From Thermoplasmata archaeon (GTDB lineage Archaea; Thermoplasmatota; E2; JACPAO01; JAHFTW01), in the NCBI GenBank assembly GCA_034667725.1, contig JAXDQS010000009.1:1-21147 (forward strand): a stretch of DNA of 21,147 nt, read 5' to 3'. Below, one piece after another: positions 7,819 to 15,061 of the stretch; position 1 is the first letter of the stretch, and each line of letters opens with the position of its first letter. Both the position numbers and the translations under genes were made by a program. The notes beneath the pieces are model-generated. The model was not told where the DNA came from. It did not search any database and was given only the letters and a program-made list of their open reading frames with translations.

Positions 7819-8082
7819 TCAACCTGAGGGCGCAGCCGCCGGCGGCCCGTAGGTCCCGCCCGTGCCGGACGTCGCGCCGCCCGTCGACGACGGCTGCGAC
7901 GACGAGCCGGAGCCCGTGCCGGTCGGCCCGCCCCCGCCGTCGTAGCCCCCGCCGCCGTCGCCGCCCCGCCCGTAGACGAAGAACAACGCCAGCAGCACCA
8001 GCGCCACCACCACGACAGCCAGCACGACCCACATCATGTTGCCGCCGCCCGCCGGCTCCCCGCGATCCTCCTCGATGGCCAT
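7819..8082 (-). CDS. Small single-pass membrane protein with Gly/Ser/Thr-rich tail
   Basis: MAIEEDRGEPAGGGNMMWVVLAVVVVALVLLALFFVYG followed by a low-complexity G/S/T tail. Confidence 0.7.
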   Translation of the reverse strand: MAIEEDRGEPAGGGNMMWVVLAVVVVALVLLALFFVYGRGGDGGGGYDGGGGPTGTGSGSSSQPSSTGGATSGTGGTYGPPAAAPSG

Positions 8083-8176
8083 GGGTCGGCAACGCCGCGC
8101 GCCACGTAAGCAGGAGCGATGGCGGCAGCCGCGCGGGAGGAGCCCTTTTTCCGCAAAGGGGCGTCCCGCCGGACAA

Positions 8177-8250
8177 GGACCCATGGGCTAGCTAGGATAG
8201 ACTTCCGGCCTTCGAAGCCGGAGACGAGGGTTCGAATCCCTCTGGGTCCG
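8177..8250 (+). tRNA. tRNA-Arg (anticodon TCG)
   Basis: Acceptor stem GGACCCA/TGGGTCC, anticodon arm CCGGC-CTTCGAA-GCCGG, T arm GAGGG-TTCGAAT-CCCTC. Confidence 0.95.
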
Positions 8251-8321
8251 CTGCCATTTCGCCCGGTCGCCTGGCGCAGGCGGTCTCATCCGCGACACGC
8301 TTAACATCCCCCTCTTGCCCT

Positions 8322-8410
8322 GGGGTTCCTACTCCGGGAGCGGGCCCGCAGGCTCCGCACTTCGCCTCAAGGCGGAGCTTCTCGGAGCAAAAGGAGGCCA
8401 GGAGAACCCC
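8322..8410 (+). promoter_or_regulatory. Structured 5' leader predicted to sequester SD-like sequences of the small ORF
   Basis: Helices 8322-8328/8404-8410, 8332-8339/8380-8387 and 8351-8358/8372-8379. It begins about 22 nt after TATA-like CTTAACAT (8300-8307). Confidence 0.5.
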
Positions 8411-8417
8411 CCAAAAA

Positions 8418-8540
8418 ATGAGCAGACAGACCCACGCAAGAATGCTAGTCGCGCAGATCGTCCTGGTCCCCCTGTGGTGGGCCGTTTGGAGCCTGCTCGA
8501 CTACGCCCAGGGAACAGTAGTGAAAGTGGTCTGCGGGTAG
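8418..8540 (+). CDS. 40-aa hydrophobic peptide, candidate type I toxin
   Basis: MSRQTHARMLVAQIVLVPLWWAVWSLLDYAQGTVVKVVCG*, preceded by AAGGAGG (8391-8397) and GGAGA (8401-8405). One TM-length hydrophobic segment. Below the ORF-track size cutoff. Confidence 0.55.
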   Translation: MSRQTHARMLVAQIVLVPLWWAVWSLLDYAQGTVVKVVCG

Positions 8541-8595
8541 GCAGGCCGCGAAACCCGTGCGCAGGACCCAAGGGTCCTTGCGGGTGAGCACCCCA

Positions 8596-8641
8596 CCGGG
8601 GACCGGGTCTTGGCGCCAAGCAACCGGTCCCCGGGGTTTTT
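8596..8641 (+). terminator. Strong hairpin plus T-tract terminator
   Basis: 11-bp stem CCGGGGACCGG/CCGGTCCCCGG around the palindrome CTTGGCGCCAAG, followed by GGTTTTT. Confidence 0.7.
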
Positions 8642-8661
8642 AACAGGTGCGCACGCGGTTG

Positions 8662-8692
8662 GGGCCGTTTGGCCCTTTTTGTTTTTCTTTTT
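8662..8692 (+). terminator. Second hairpin plus long T-tract terminator
   Basis: GGGCC-GTTT-GGCCC followed by TTTTTGTTTTTCTTTTT. Confidence 0.65.
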
Positions 8693-8785
8693 CGCCAAGA
8701 CAGTTGCCTGCGAGAGCCAAGGCTCGGCCAAAAAAGCGCAGAAGGAAAAGGAAAGAGAAGGAAAGGAGGAGGGGCTCGCGTCGCC

Positions 8786-9937
8786 TTACGCCGTGACCAC
8801 GGTGGCGTCCACCGTGACGTCGTTCTGGAACGCCAGCAGGTGCAGCATGTGCGCCGCGACCTCGGTGGCCGACTGGAAGCCCTTCACGAGGTTGGCCTCG
8901 CCGCCGGCCATCGCCGTCATGGTCTCGACGGTGTCCTCGAGGTGCCAGAAGGGGTACACGCCGGCCGGGGCGGGGGTGTGCACGTCCTGGGGCGAGTCGC
9001 CGGGGGCGGCGACCTCCTCGAAGGCGCTGATGAAGAACACGGTGGGGATGGGGCCGCCCTCGTCCTTGCCGACCTCCCAGAAGCGGGCGTAGTCGCTGGA
9101 GCCGAGCTGGAGGCCGTCCTTGCGCACGACCTGGCCGTCGGGGAAGCCGAGGGCGCCGGTCTTGTTCTGGACTTCCTTCCACAGCAGTTCCGAGTTGGTC
9201 ATGACGTTGATCGGGTTCCAGGTGCCGGGCCAGTTGATGCCGATCATGTCGAGGTCGACGTCGCCGACGATGTCGACGTGGCCGTAGGGCGTCGCGAAGG
9301 TGCCGTCGTCGTGCTCGGCCTCGGTCATGAAGTCGCGCACGAAGGCCGCGGCGCCCTGGGTGCCCAGCTCCTCGCCGTCGAACAGGACGTAGGCGATGGT
9401 GTAGTAGGGCGTGGCGTTGGCGAACTGGCGGGCCAGGTGGACCGTCATCATGGTGCCGGAGCCGTCGTCGTAGGCGCCCTGGCTGAGGGCGCGGAGGGCG
9501 CAGGGGTTCTCGGCCGGGGGCAGCGGGTCGGGGGTGCCGCCCACAAGGCAGTCGTCGGTGACGGTGTCGTAGTGCCCGCCGACGACGACCCACTGGTCGC
9601 GCTGGACGCCCCACTGGATGCCGACGATGTTGGCCTGGTTGGCCAGGGCGCCGGTGGTGAAGTTGTGGCGGTAGCTCTCGAGGCCGAAGCTGTCGAAGGC
9701 GGCCAGCAGGTCCTTGCGGGCCGACTCGTGGGTGGGCAGGTTGTCGGCGCGCTCGCCGTTGGCGGTCACGAACTTGGCGTGGTCGGCCAGGAGCTGGACG
9801 GCGTCCACGGCGGGGACGGCGGGAACGTGGTAGGCGTTGTCCACGGGGTCGGCGGGCGGGGTGGGCTCGTCGGCGGGCTGCGTGCAGCCGGCCAGCACGG
9901 CCATCGCAGCAAGGGCGAGGCCAAGGAAAGCGCGCAT
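8786..9937 (-). CDS. M28 family zinc metallopeptidase, lipoprotein
   Basis: Lipobox LAGC; motifs GGHYD, GAYDDGSG, DGEELG, DLDMIG, SSDY and WHLEDT. ATG at 9937 with CTTTAC about 25 nt upstream. Confidence 0.92.
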   Translation of the reverse strand: MRAFLGLALAAMAVLAGCTQPADEPTPPADPVDNAYHVPAVPAVDAVQLLADHAKFVTANGERADNLPTHESARKDLLAAFDSFGLESYRHNFTTGALANQANIVGIQWGVQRDQWVVVGGHYDTVTDDCLVGGTPDPLPPAENPCALRALSQGAYDDGSGTMMTVHLARQFANATPYYTIAYVLFDGEELGTQGAAAFVRDFMTEAEHDDGTFATPYGHVDIVGDVDLDMIGINWPGTWNPINVMTNSELLWKEVQNKTGALGFPDGQVVRKDGLQLGSSDYARFWEVGKDEGGPIPTVFFISAFEEVAAPGDSPQDVHTPAPAGVYPFWHLEDTVETMTAMAGGEANLVKGFQSATEVAAHMLHLLAFQNDVTVDATVVTA

Positions 9938-9999
9938 GGGCGGGGCCGACCCGTCCATTGGTAAAGCGGTTGTGGTGGGCGCCGTTTTCCCTGGCGGCC

Positions 10000-10797
10000 C
10001 TAGCTGAACCCTTGCACGGAGAACCCGACGCGCTCCGGCGTGCCCGTCGCGGTCGGCACCGTCGTCGGCTTCGGGAGCCGGCCGGCGCGCACCGCCTCCA
10101 GCCGGTAGACGGTCGGGTGCAGGCCCGCCAGCCGCCCGGCCATGCCGCCGACGTGGCCGTCACCCAGCACCGCCAGGCCGTGCCGGGTCCCCGGCATCAG
10201 CCTGAGGATGCGGTCGGCCATCTTGCGGTCGCGGTCGATGATGACGACCCGGTGGATGGTCGGGAACTGGCGCGCCAGCTCGCCCATCATGGCGTTCGGG
10301 TCGCCCTGGTAGCGCGCCAGCTCGGCCTCCAGCTTGGCCTTGGCGCGCTTGCGGCCGCCGGGCCAGAGGGAGCGCAGCGCGCCGCCGAGCAGCATGCCGA
10401 GGCCGCGCATCCGCTCGCGGAAGGTCAGTTCCTTGAGCGCGCGGCGCAGCGTGACGTCGGCCGGGTCGTCGATCAAGGCCAGGCGCGCGCCGACGGCCTG
10501 GGCGGCCTCGACGGCGGCCAGCATCTCGCCGCCGACGTCGGCGCCGTACATGCCGGCGACCGATTCCTGGAACTTGGCGAGCTTGCGCTGCACCAGCGTG
10601 CCCTGCGGCGCCGGCGGCTTGCCGTCCTTGCTGCCCTTGCGGCGCTCCAAGAGCGCCATGAGGCGGGCGCGGTCGAGCTCGACGAACACGACGTCGGGCC
10701 GGAGGGCGAGGATGGCGTCGCGGATGGTGTCCTCGATCCGGAAGACGTGGCCGGCGCCGATCAAGGTCAGGGCGCCGGGGGGTGCCGCGTCGGCCAC
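10000..10797 (-). CDS. TraB/PrgY (Tiki/TraB) family protein
   Basis: LIGAGHV, RPDVVFVELDRAR, GGEMLAAVEAA, ALIDD, VVIIDRDRKMA and AVLGDGHVGGM. GTG start at 10797. Confidence 0.9.
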   Translation of the reverse strand: MADAAPPGALTLIGAGHVFRIEDTIRDAILALRPDVVFVELDRARLMALLERRKGSKDGKPPAPQGTLVQRKLAKFQESVAGMYGADVGGEMLAAVEAAQAVGARLALIDDPADVTLRRALKELTFRERMRGLGMLLGGALRSLWPGGRKRAKAKLEAELARYQGDPNAMMGELARQFPTIHRVVIIDRDRKMADRILRLMPGTRHGLAVLGDGHVGGMAGRLAGLHPTVYRLEAVRAGRLPKPTTVPTATGTPERVGFSVQGFS

Positions 10798-10817
10798 GTT
10801 GCGCCGACAGCCGGGCT

Positions 10818-10825
10818 CCTTAAGG
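10818..10825. promoter_or_regulatory. Palindromic bidirectional TATA element (CCTTAAGG)
   Basis: Its centre is 24.5 nt from the TraB GTG (10797, -) and 25.5 nt from the reductase ATG (10847, +). Confidence 0.6.
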
Positions 10826-10846
10826 AAGCCACCCATGCCGGGCCGC

Positions 10847-11485
10847 ATGGAACGCCCCCGGGTGGTGATGAACTGCGCCAGCAGCCTGGACGGCAAGATC
10901 GCGGCGCCCGACGGGCAGGCGATGCCGCTGTCGGACGAGCTGGACTGGCGCCGCGTCCACCTGCTGCGGGCGAGCGTGGACGCCATCCTGGTGGGCGTCG
11001 GCACGGTGCTGCAGGACGACCCGAGCCTCAAGGTCAAGGAGGACCTTGCGCCGACGTCGCCCCACCGCAAGCTGCTGCGGGTCGTGATGGACACCAAGGG
11101 CCGCACGCCGCCGGGCGCCCGCGTCAACGACGGCTCCGCGCCCAGCCTCATCGTGCACGGGCCCAACGCCCGCCCCGCCGTGCGGAGGGCCGAGACCATG
11201 GAGTGCCCCGTCGACGCGGCGGGCCGCCTGCAGATCCCGGCCATGCTGGAGCGGCTGCACGCGCGCGGCGTCCGCGACCTCCTGGTGGAGGGCGGCGGCC
11301 AGGTGCTGCGGGCGTTCTTGCAGGCCAGCGTGGTGGACGAGTGGACGCTCTACATGGCGCCCGTACTGGTGGGCGGGTCCGGGCCGAGCATCTTCGACGG
11401 CCGGCCCAGCATGATCGGCCGGCGGATGCACGTCGAGAACGTCGAGCCGCGCGGCAAGGGCGTCCTCTGGACCCTGCGGCCCTGA
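10847..11485 (+). CDS. arfC: 2,5-diamino-6-ribosylamino-4(3H)-pyrimidinone 5'-phosphate reductase (archaeal ArfC/Rib7, RibD C-terminal domain)
   Basis: RPRVVMNCASSLDGKIA, VHLLRASVDAILVGVGTVLQDDPSL, LRVVMD, LLVEGGG and VDEWTLYMAPVLVGG. No deaminase domain. Confidence 0.88.
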   Translation: MERPRVVMNCASSLDGKIAAPDGQAMPLSDELDWRRVHLLRASVDAILVGVGTVLQDDPSLKVKEDLAPTSPHRKLLRVVMDTKGRTPPGARVNDGSAPSLIVHGPNARPAVRRAETMECPVDAAGRLQIPAMLERLHARGVRDLLVEGGGQVLRAFLQASVVDEWTLYMAPVLVGGSGPSIFDGRPSMIGRRMHVENVEPRGKGVLWTLRP

Positions 11486-11649
11486 CGCCGCGACAAATCG
11501 GGGCGTTGGCCCCAAGTTTTCACGGCCGGCCCTCAAACTTCAAAGAGGGCCAACGCCACCTTGGGATTCGCGTGCGGCCCCTTCTCCACGGAATCAAGCG
11601 TCTTGTTAGCAAACCCTATCTAGCATCGCCTTTGGTCGAACGCCCGACC

Positions 11650-13269
11650 ATGGGACCCCGAGGCCTGCTCCTGCTCACCGCGCTCCTGCTGCTGGGGCTG
11701 CCCGCCCTGGCGGCCGAGCCGGCCGAGGCGAGCACCTTGCCCGGCGGCCTGGAGCGCGCCGCCGCGGTCTGGGTCGGCAACGACGCCTACCTGTTCGGCG
11801 GCGACGACCCCGCCGCCCGCGACCAGATCGTCCGGTTCTCGCCCGCCACCGGCGCCGCCCTCGTGGTCGGCACCCTGCCCGCCCCCGCCAGCGCCCCGAG
11901 CGCCGTGTACGACGGCACCGCCATCTACCTGTTCGGCGGCTTCGATGGCGCCTGGTCCGACGCCATCGTGCGCTACGTCCCCGGCGGCGCCGCCACGGTC
12001 CTGTCCGCGAAGCTGCCGACCCCGCGCGACGGCACCAGCGCCGTCTGGGACGGCACCCACGCCTACGTCTTCGGCGGCCACTCCGCGGCGGGCCGCCTCG
12101 CCGAGGTCGTCCGCTTCGACCCCGCCACCGGCGCCGTCGTCTCGCTCGGCCCCGTGCTGCCGTTCGGCCGCGCCGAGACCAGCGCCGTCTGGGACGGCAC
12201 CCACGCCTACGTCTTCGGCGGCTACTCCGGCGCCTTGCGCCTCGACGAGGTCGTCCGCTTCACGCCCGGCACCGGCGCCGCGACCGTCGTGGCCCACCTG
12301 CCCGACCAGGTCACCTGGACCGCCGCCGCCTGGAACGGCGACACCGCCTACGTCTTCGGCGGCCAGCTCGGCAGCACCGCGTCCAGCACCGCCTCGGTCT
12401 TCACCTACACGCCGTGCAGCGGCGCCGTCGGCACCGCGGCGCCCCTTGCGGGCCCGGACCGCCAGCGCGCCGCCGCGGCCTACAACGGCGCCGGCACCGC
12501 CTACGTCTTCGGCGGCCGCCAAGGCGCCAGCACCCTGCTGGACGACGTGACGCCGTACCAGACGCCGAGCCACGCCTGCGCCACCGCGCCGCCGCCCACC
12601 AAGGACGACGCCACCGGCACCCGGCCCGCGCCGGCCTCGACGGCCCCCGAACCTGCGCCCCCGGCCAACAACCGCACCCAAGGCGCCGCGCCCGCCTCGG
12701 CCGACGCCGACGGCGACGGCGTCCAGGACGGCGCCGACAACTGCCCCAACCTCCAGAACCGCGACCAGGCCGACTGGGACCGCGACGGCGCCGGCGACGC
12801 CTGCGACCCCGACGCGCAGCCCACCGAGGCCGCCGACGCGCAGGCCGCCACCGCCGAGGCCGCGCAGGCCGACGCGGACGGCGACGGCGTGCCCGACCCG
12901 CACGACGGCTGCCCCGACCTTGCCGACCCGGACCAGCGCGACTTCGACCAGGACGGCACCGGCGACGCCTGCGACCTCGACGTGGACGGCGACGGGGTCG
13001 CGGAGGGCATCGCGGCCCGCCACGGCGACAACTGCCCCGCCATGGCCAACCCGAGCCAGGCGGACGACGACGGCGACGGCCTCGGCGACGCCTGCGACCT
13101 GCCGCCGCCCCGCCCGGCCTTCGTGCGCGAGCTGCGCCGCGGCGCGGCACCCGCCAGCGCCGGCAAGTCGGGCGGCGCCGCCATCGCGTTCGGCGTCTTC
13201 GGCGGGCTGGCCGCGGCCGGCGCGGTCGCGCTGGCCTGCCTCGTGGTGCGCGCACGGCGCGCCGCGTAG
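11650..13269 (+). CDS. Secreted, membrane-anchored Kelch-repeat beta-propeller protein with thrombospondin type 3 (Ca-binding) repeats
   Basis: Signal peptide; six Kelch blades (YLFGG/YVFGG); a Pro/Thr/Ala linker; TSP3 repeats (DADGDGVQDGADNCP, DRDGAGDACD); C-terminal TM plus RARR. A 45-nt perfect internal repeat lies at 12034-12078/12178-12222. Confidence 0.9.
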   Translation: MGPRGLLLLTALLLLGLPALAAEPAEASTLPGGLERAAAVWVGNDAYLFGGDDPAARDQIVRFSPATGAALVVGTLPAPASAPSAVYDGTAIYLFGGFDGAWSDAIVRYVPGGAATVLSAKLPTPRDGTSAVWDGTHAYVFGGHSAAGRLAEVVRFDPATGAVVSLGPVLPFGRAETSAVWDGTHAYVFGGYSGALRLDEVVRFTPGTGAATVVAHLPDQVTWTAAAWNGDTAYVFGGQLGSTASSTASVFTYTPCSGAVGTAAPLAGPDRQRAAAAYNGAGTAYVFGGRQGASTLLDDVTPYQTPSHACATAPPPTKDDATGTRPAPASTAPEPAPPANNRTQGAAPASADADGDGVQDGADNCPNLQNRDQADWDRDGAGDACDPDAQPTEAADAQAATAEAAQADADGDGVPDPHDGCPDLADPDQRDFDQDGTGDACDLDVDGDGVAEGIAARHGDNCPAMANPSQADDDGDGLGDACDLPPPRPAFVRELRRGAAPASAGKSGGAAIAFGVFGGLAAAGAVALACLVVRARRAA

Positions 13270-13270
13270 G

Positions 13271-13945
13271 CTATTCTTCCGAGTCGTCCGTCGCGGCGAC
13301 CGCCTCGTCCTCGCCGTCGGCCGCGGCACCCTTGAAGCCCTTGGCCACCAGGTAGATCTCGCTGCTGGAGCGGCGGCTGGCCGGCGGGTGGAACTGGTAC
13401 ACGCTGCGGAAGTGGCGCCGCACCTCGTTGCGGAACTGCTGGAAGTCCGCGCCCTCGAACACCTTGCAGACGAACCGGCCGCCCTCGGCGAGGTGCTGGG
13501 TCGCGAAGTCGAGCGCCATCTCGCCCAGCTGGATGCTGCGGACCTGGTCGAGCTCGTAGTTGCCGCTCATGTCCGGCGCCATGTCGGACACGACGGCGTC
13601 GAGCTGCTTGCGGCCTTGGTCGGCGAGCGCCGCGGCCAGCCGCTCATGGGTCTCGCGCTTGGTGAAGTCGCCCTGGATCAGTTTGGCGCCGGCGATGGGC
13701 TTGACGCGCTGCAGGTCGACGCCGACGACGGTGCCCTCCTTGCCCACGGCCTCCACCAGCACCTGGCTCCAGCCGCCCGGCGCGCAGCCCAGGTCGGCCA
13801 CCGCCTCGCCGCGCTTGACCACGCCGTACTTGGCGTTGATCTGCTGGATCTTGTAGGCGGAGCGGGCGCGGTAGCCCTCCTTCTTGGCGAGCCGGTAGTA
13901 GCCCTCCTTCATCCGCTCCTGGTACCAGCGGGTCTTCGTGCTCAA
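13271..13945 (-). CDS. rlmE: 23S rRNA (uridine2552-2'-O)-methyltransferase RlmE/FtsJ
   Basis: YYRLAKKEGYRARSAYKIQQIN, DLGCAPGGWSQV, VSDMAP, CKVFEG and ASRRSSSEIY (K-D-K-E tetrad). TTG start. Confidence 0.96.
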   Translation of the reverse strand: MSTKTRWYQERMKEGYYRLAKKEGYRARSAYKIQQINAKYGVVKRGEAVADLGCAPGGWSQVLVEAVGKEGTVVGVDLQRVKPIAGAKLIQGDFTKRETHERLAAALADQGRKQLDAVVSDMAPDMSGNYELDQVRSIQLGEMALDFATQHLAEGGRFVCKVFEGADFQQFRNEVRRHFRSVYQFHPPASRRSSSEIYLVAKGFKGAAADGEDEAVAATDDSEE

Positions 13946-13989
13946 CGCCGGCTCCAGCCGCCGCGGTGGCTTAGGCTTTCGGAGCCGGC

Positions 13990-15057
13990 CTACCGGCGGC
14001 GGCGCGCCGCCAGCAGGGCCACCGCGAGGCCCAGCGCCGCCATGCTGAGGGCGGGTGCGGGCTCGGTCGTGGTGCCCGTGGGCGGGGCCGTGCCGGTGCC
14101 GGTCCCGGTGGCCGTCCCTGCCGGTCCCGTCGAGGTGCCGCTGGGGGTCCCGGAGGCGCCGGTCGCCGTGCCCGTCGTGGCCGGGCGGGCGTGCAGGAAC
14201 AGCTCATAGCTTCCGGTGAAGCCCTCGCTCGTCAGGGTGACCGTCCAGTTGCCCGGCTTGCCCGTGAGGACCTTCTCGGTGGTGGCGTTGCCCGTGAACA
14301 GGGTCGTGCCGGCGCCGTCCTGGACGCGGGCCTGGAGGGTGCCGTTGGTGGCGGTGACGGCGAAGTCGAAGTCGGCGGACGCGGTGGTGGCGGTCCAGTT
14401 GTAGATATCCACCCGGCTGGCGCGCGTCAGGTTGCCGGCGGCGGGCGTCGCGCCCAAGGCATGGTAGGCGATGCGGGTCGGCCCGGACTGGACCTGGTAG
14501 TCGCGGCCGACGTTGGCGTCGGGGGCGCGGTCGTCGAGCACGAAGTCGCCGGCGGCGGCCTCGCCGTGCGCCGTCACGAACAAGCCGGTCAGCAGGTCGC
14601 CGCGGTGGGCGCCGACGGCCGCCTTCGGGACGGTCCACAAGAGGGCGTTCGCGGTGGCCACGGCGCTGGTGGCGTTGCCGCCCGCCGTGATGGCGCCGGC
14701 CGAGTCCATGGCCGCGGTCGCCGTGTAGGTGGCGCCCTCGAGCTGGAAGGTGAGGACGTAGTCGAACGAGAAGCCCTGGGTCCCCTTGAACCCGGACGTG
14801 GACTTCAGCACCAGGTGCAGGAGCAGGTTGGCGGCGTCCTCGTCGACGAAGCCGGCCTGGATGTCCACGTTCGGCCACAGGAAGTCCATTGAGGGGCAGG
14901 GCGGGACGCTGCCAAAGCCGCCGGAGCAGGCGCCGTTGACGTCCACGTCGTCGACGCCGTCCCCCATCTCGGGGTCCTCGGCGGTGCCGGCGGTGGCGGC
15001 GAGGGCGATGGCCAGCACGAGGCTGGCGGCAAGCAGGGCGGGCAGGGTGGGCTTCAT
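13990..15057 (-). CDS. Secreted cell-surface protein with PGF-CTERM-like sorting signal
   Basis: Signal peptide MKPTLPALLAASLVLAIALAATAG; beta-rich body; T/G/S linker; C-terminus EPAPALSMAALGLAVALLAARRRR. Confidence 0.85.
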   Translation of the reverse strand: MKPTLPALLAASLVLAIALAATAGTAEDPEMGDGVDDVDVNGACSGGFGSVPPCPSMDFLWPNVDIQAGFVDEDAANLLLHLVLKSTSGFKGTQGFSFDYVLTFQLEGATYTATAAMDSAGAITAGGNATSAVATANALLWTVPKAAVGAHRGDLLTGLFVTAHGEAAAGDFVLDDRAPDANVGRDYQVQSGPTRIAYHALGATPAAGNLTRASRVDIYNWTATTASADFDFAVTATNGTLQARVQDGAGTTLFTGNATTEKVLTGKPGNWTVTLTSEGFTGSYELFLHARPATTGTATGASGTPSGTSTGPAGTATGTGTGTAPPTGTTTEPAPALSMAALGLAVALLAARRRR

Positions 15058-15061
15058 GGGT

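Noticed and set aside
3305-8250. Integrated element bounded by the two tRNA-Arg genes
   Set aside because: Both tRNAs are complete, distinct isoacceptors; the interval contains rps3ae and no integrase.
8322-8641. tmRNA, SRP RNA or RNase P RNA (about 320 nt, GGGG...CCCCACC ends)
   Set aside because: There is no T-loop or tag-like peptide end, no SRP helix-8 CAGG..GGAA..AGCA motif, and no RNase P GAGGAAAGUCC/AACAGAA motifs on either strand.
8418-8641. Trp attenuator leader peptide (WW-x-x-W followed by a terminator)
   Set aside because: There is no co-directional downstream gene to regulate; the next gene is convergent and no trp genes are present.
8315-8731. ORF-track ORFs 8315-8587, 8329-8619 and 8501-8731
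   Set aside because: They have no protein-like features and run through hairpins and terminators; the 8418-8540 ORF has better translation signals.
9958-11649. 1103-aa version of the Kelch/TSP3 ORF
   Set aside because: The upstream half overlaps TraB and ArfC; the signal peptide starts at ATG 11650.
12034-12222. 45-nt perfect direct repeat as a CRISPR repeat or att site
   Set aside because: It is an in-frame duplication of Kelch blades (144-nt period) inside a CDS; there is no array and no cas genes.
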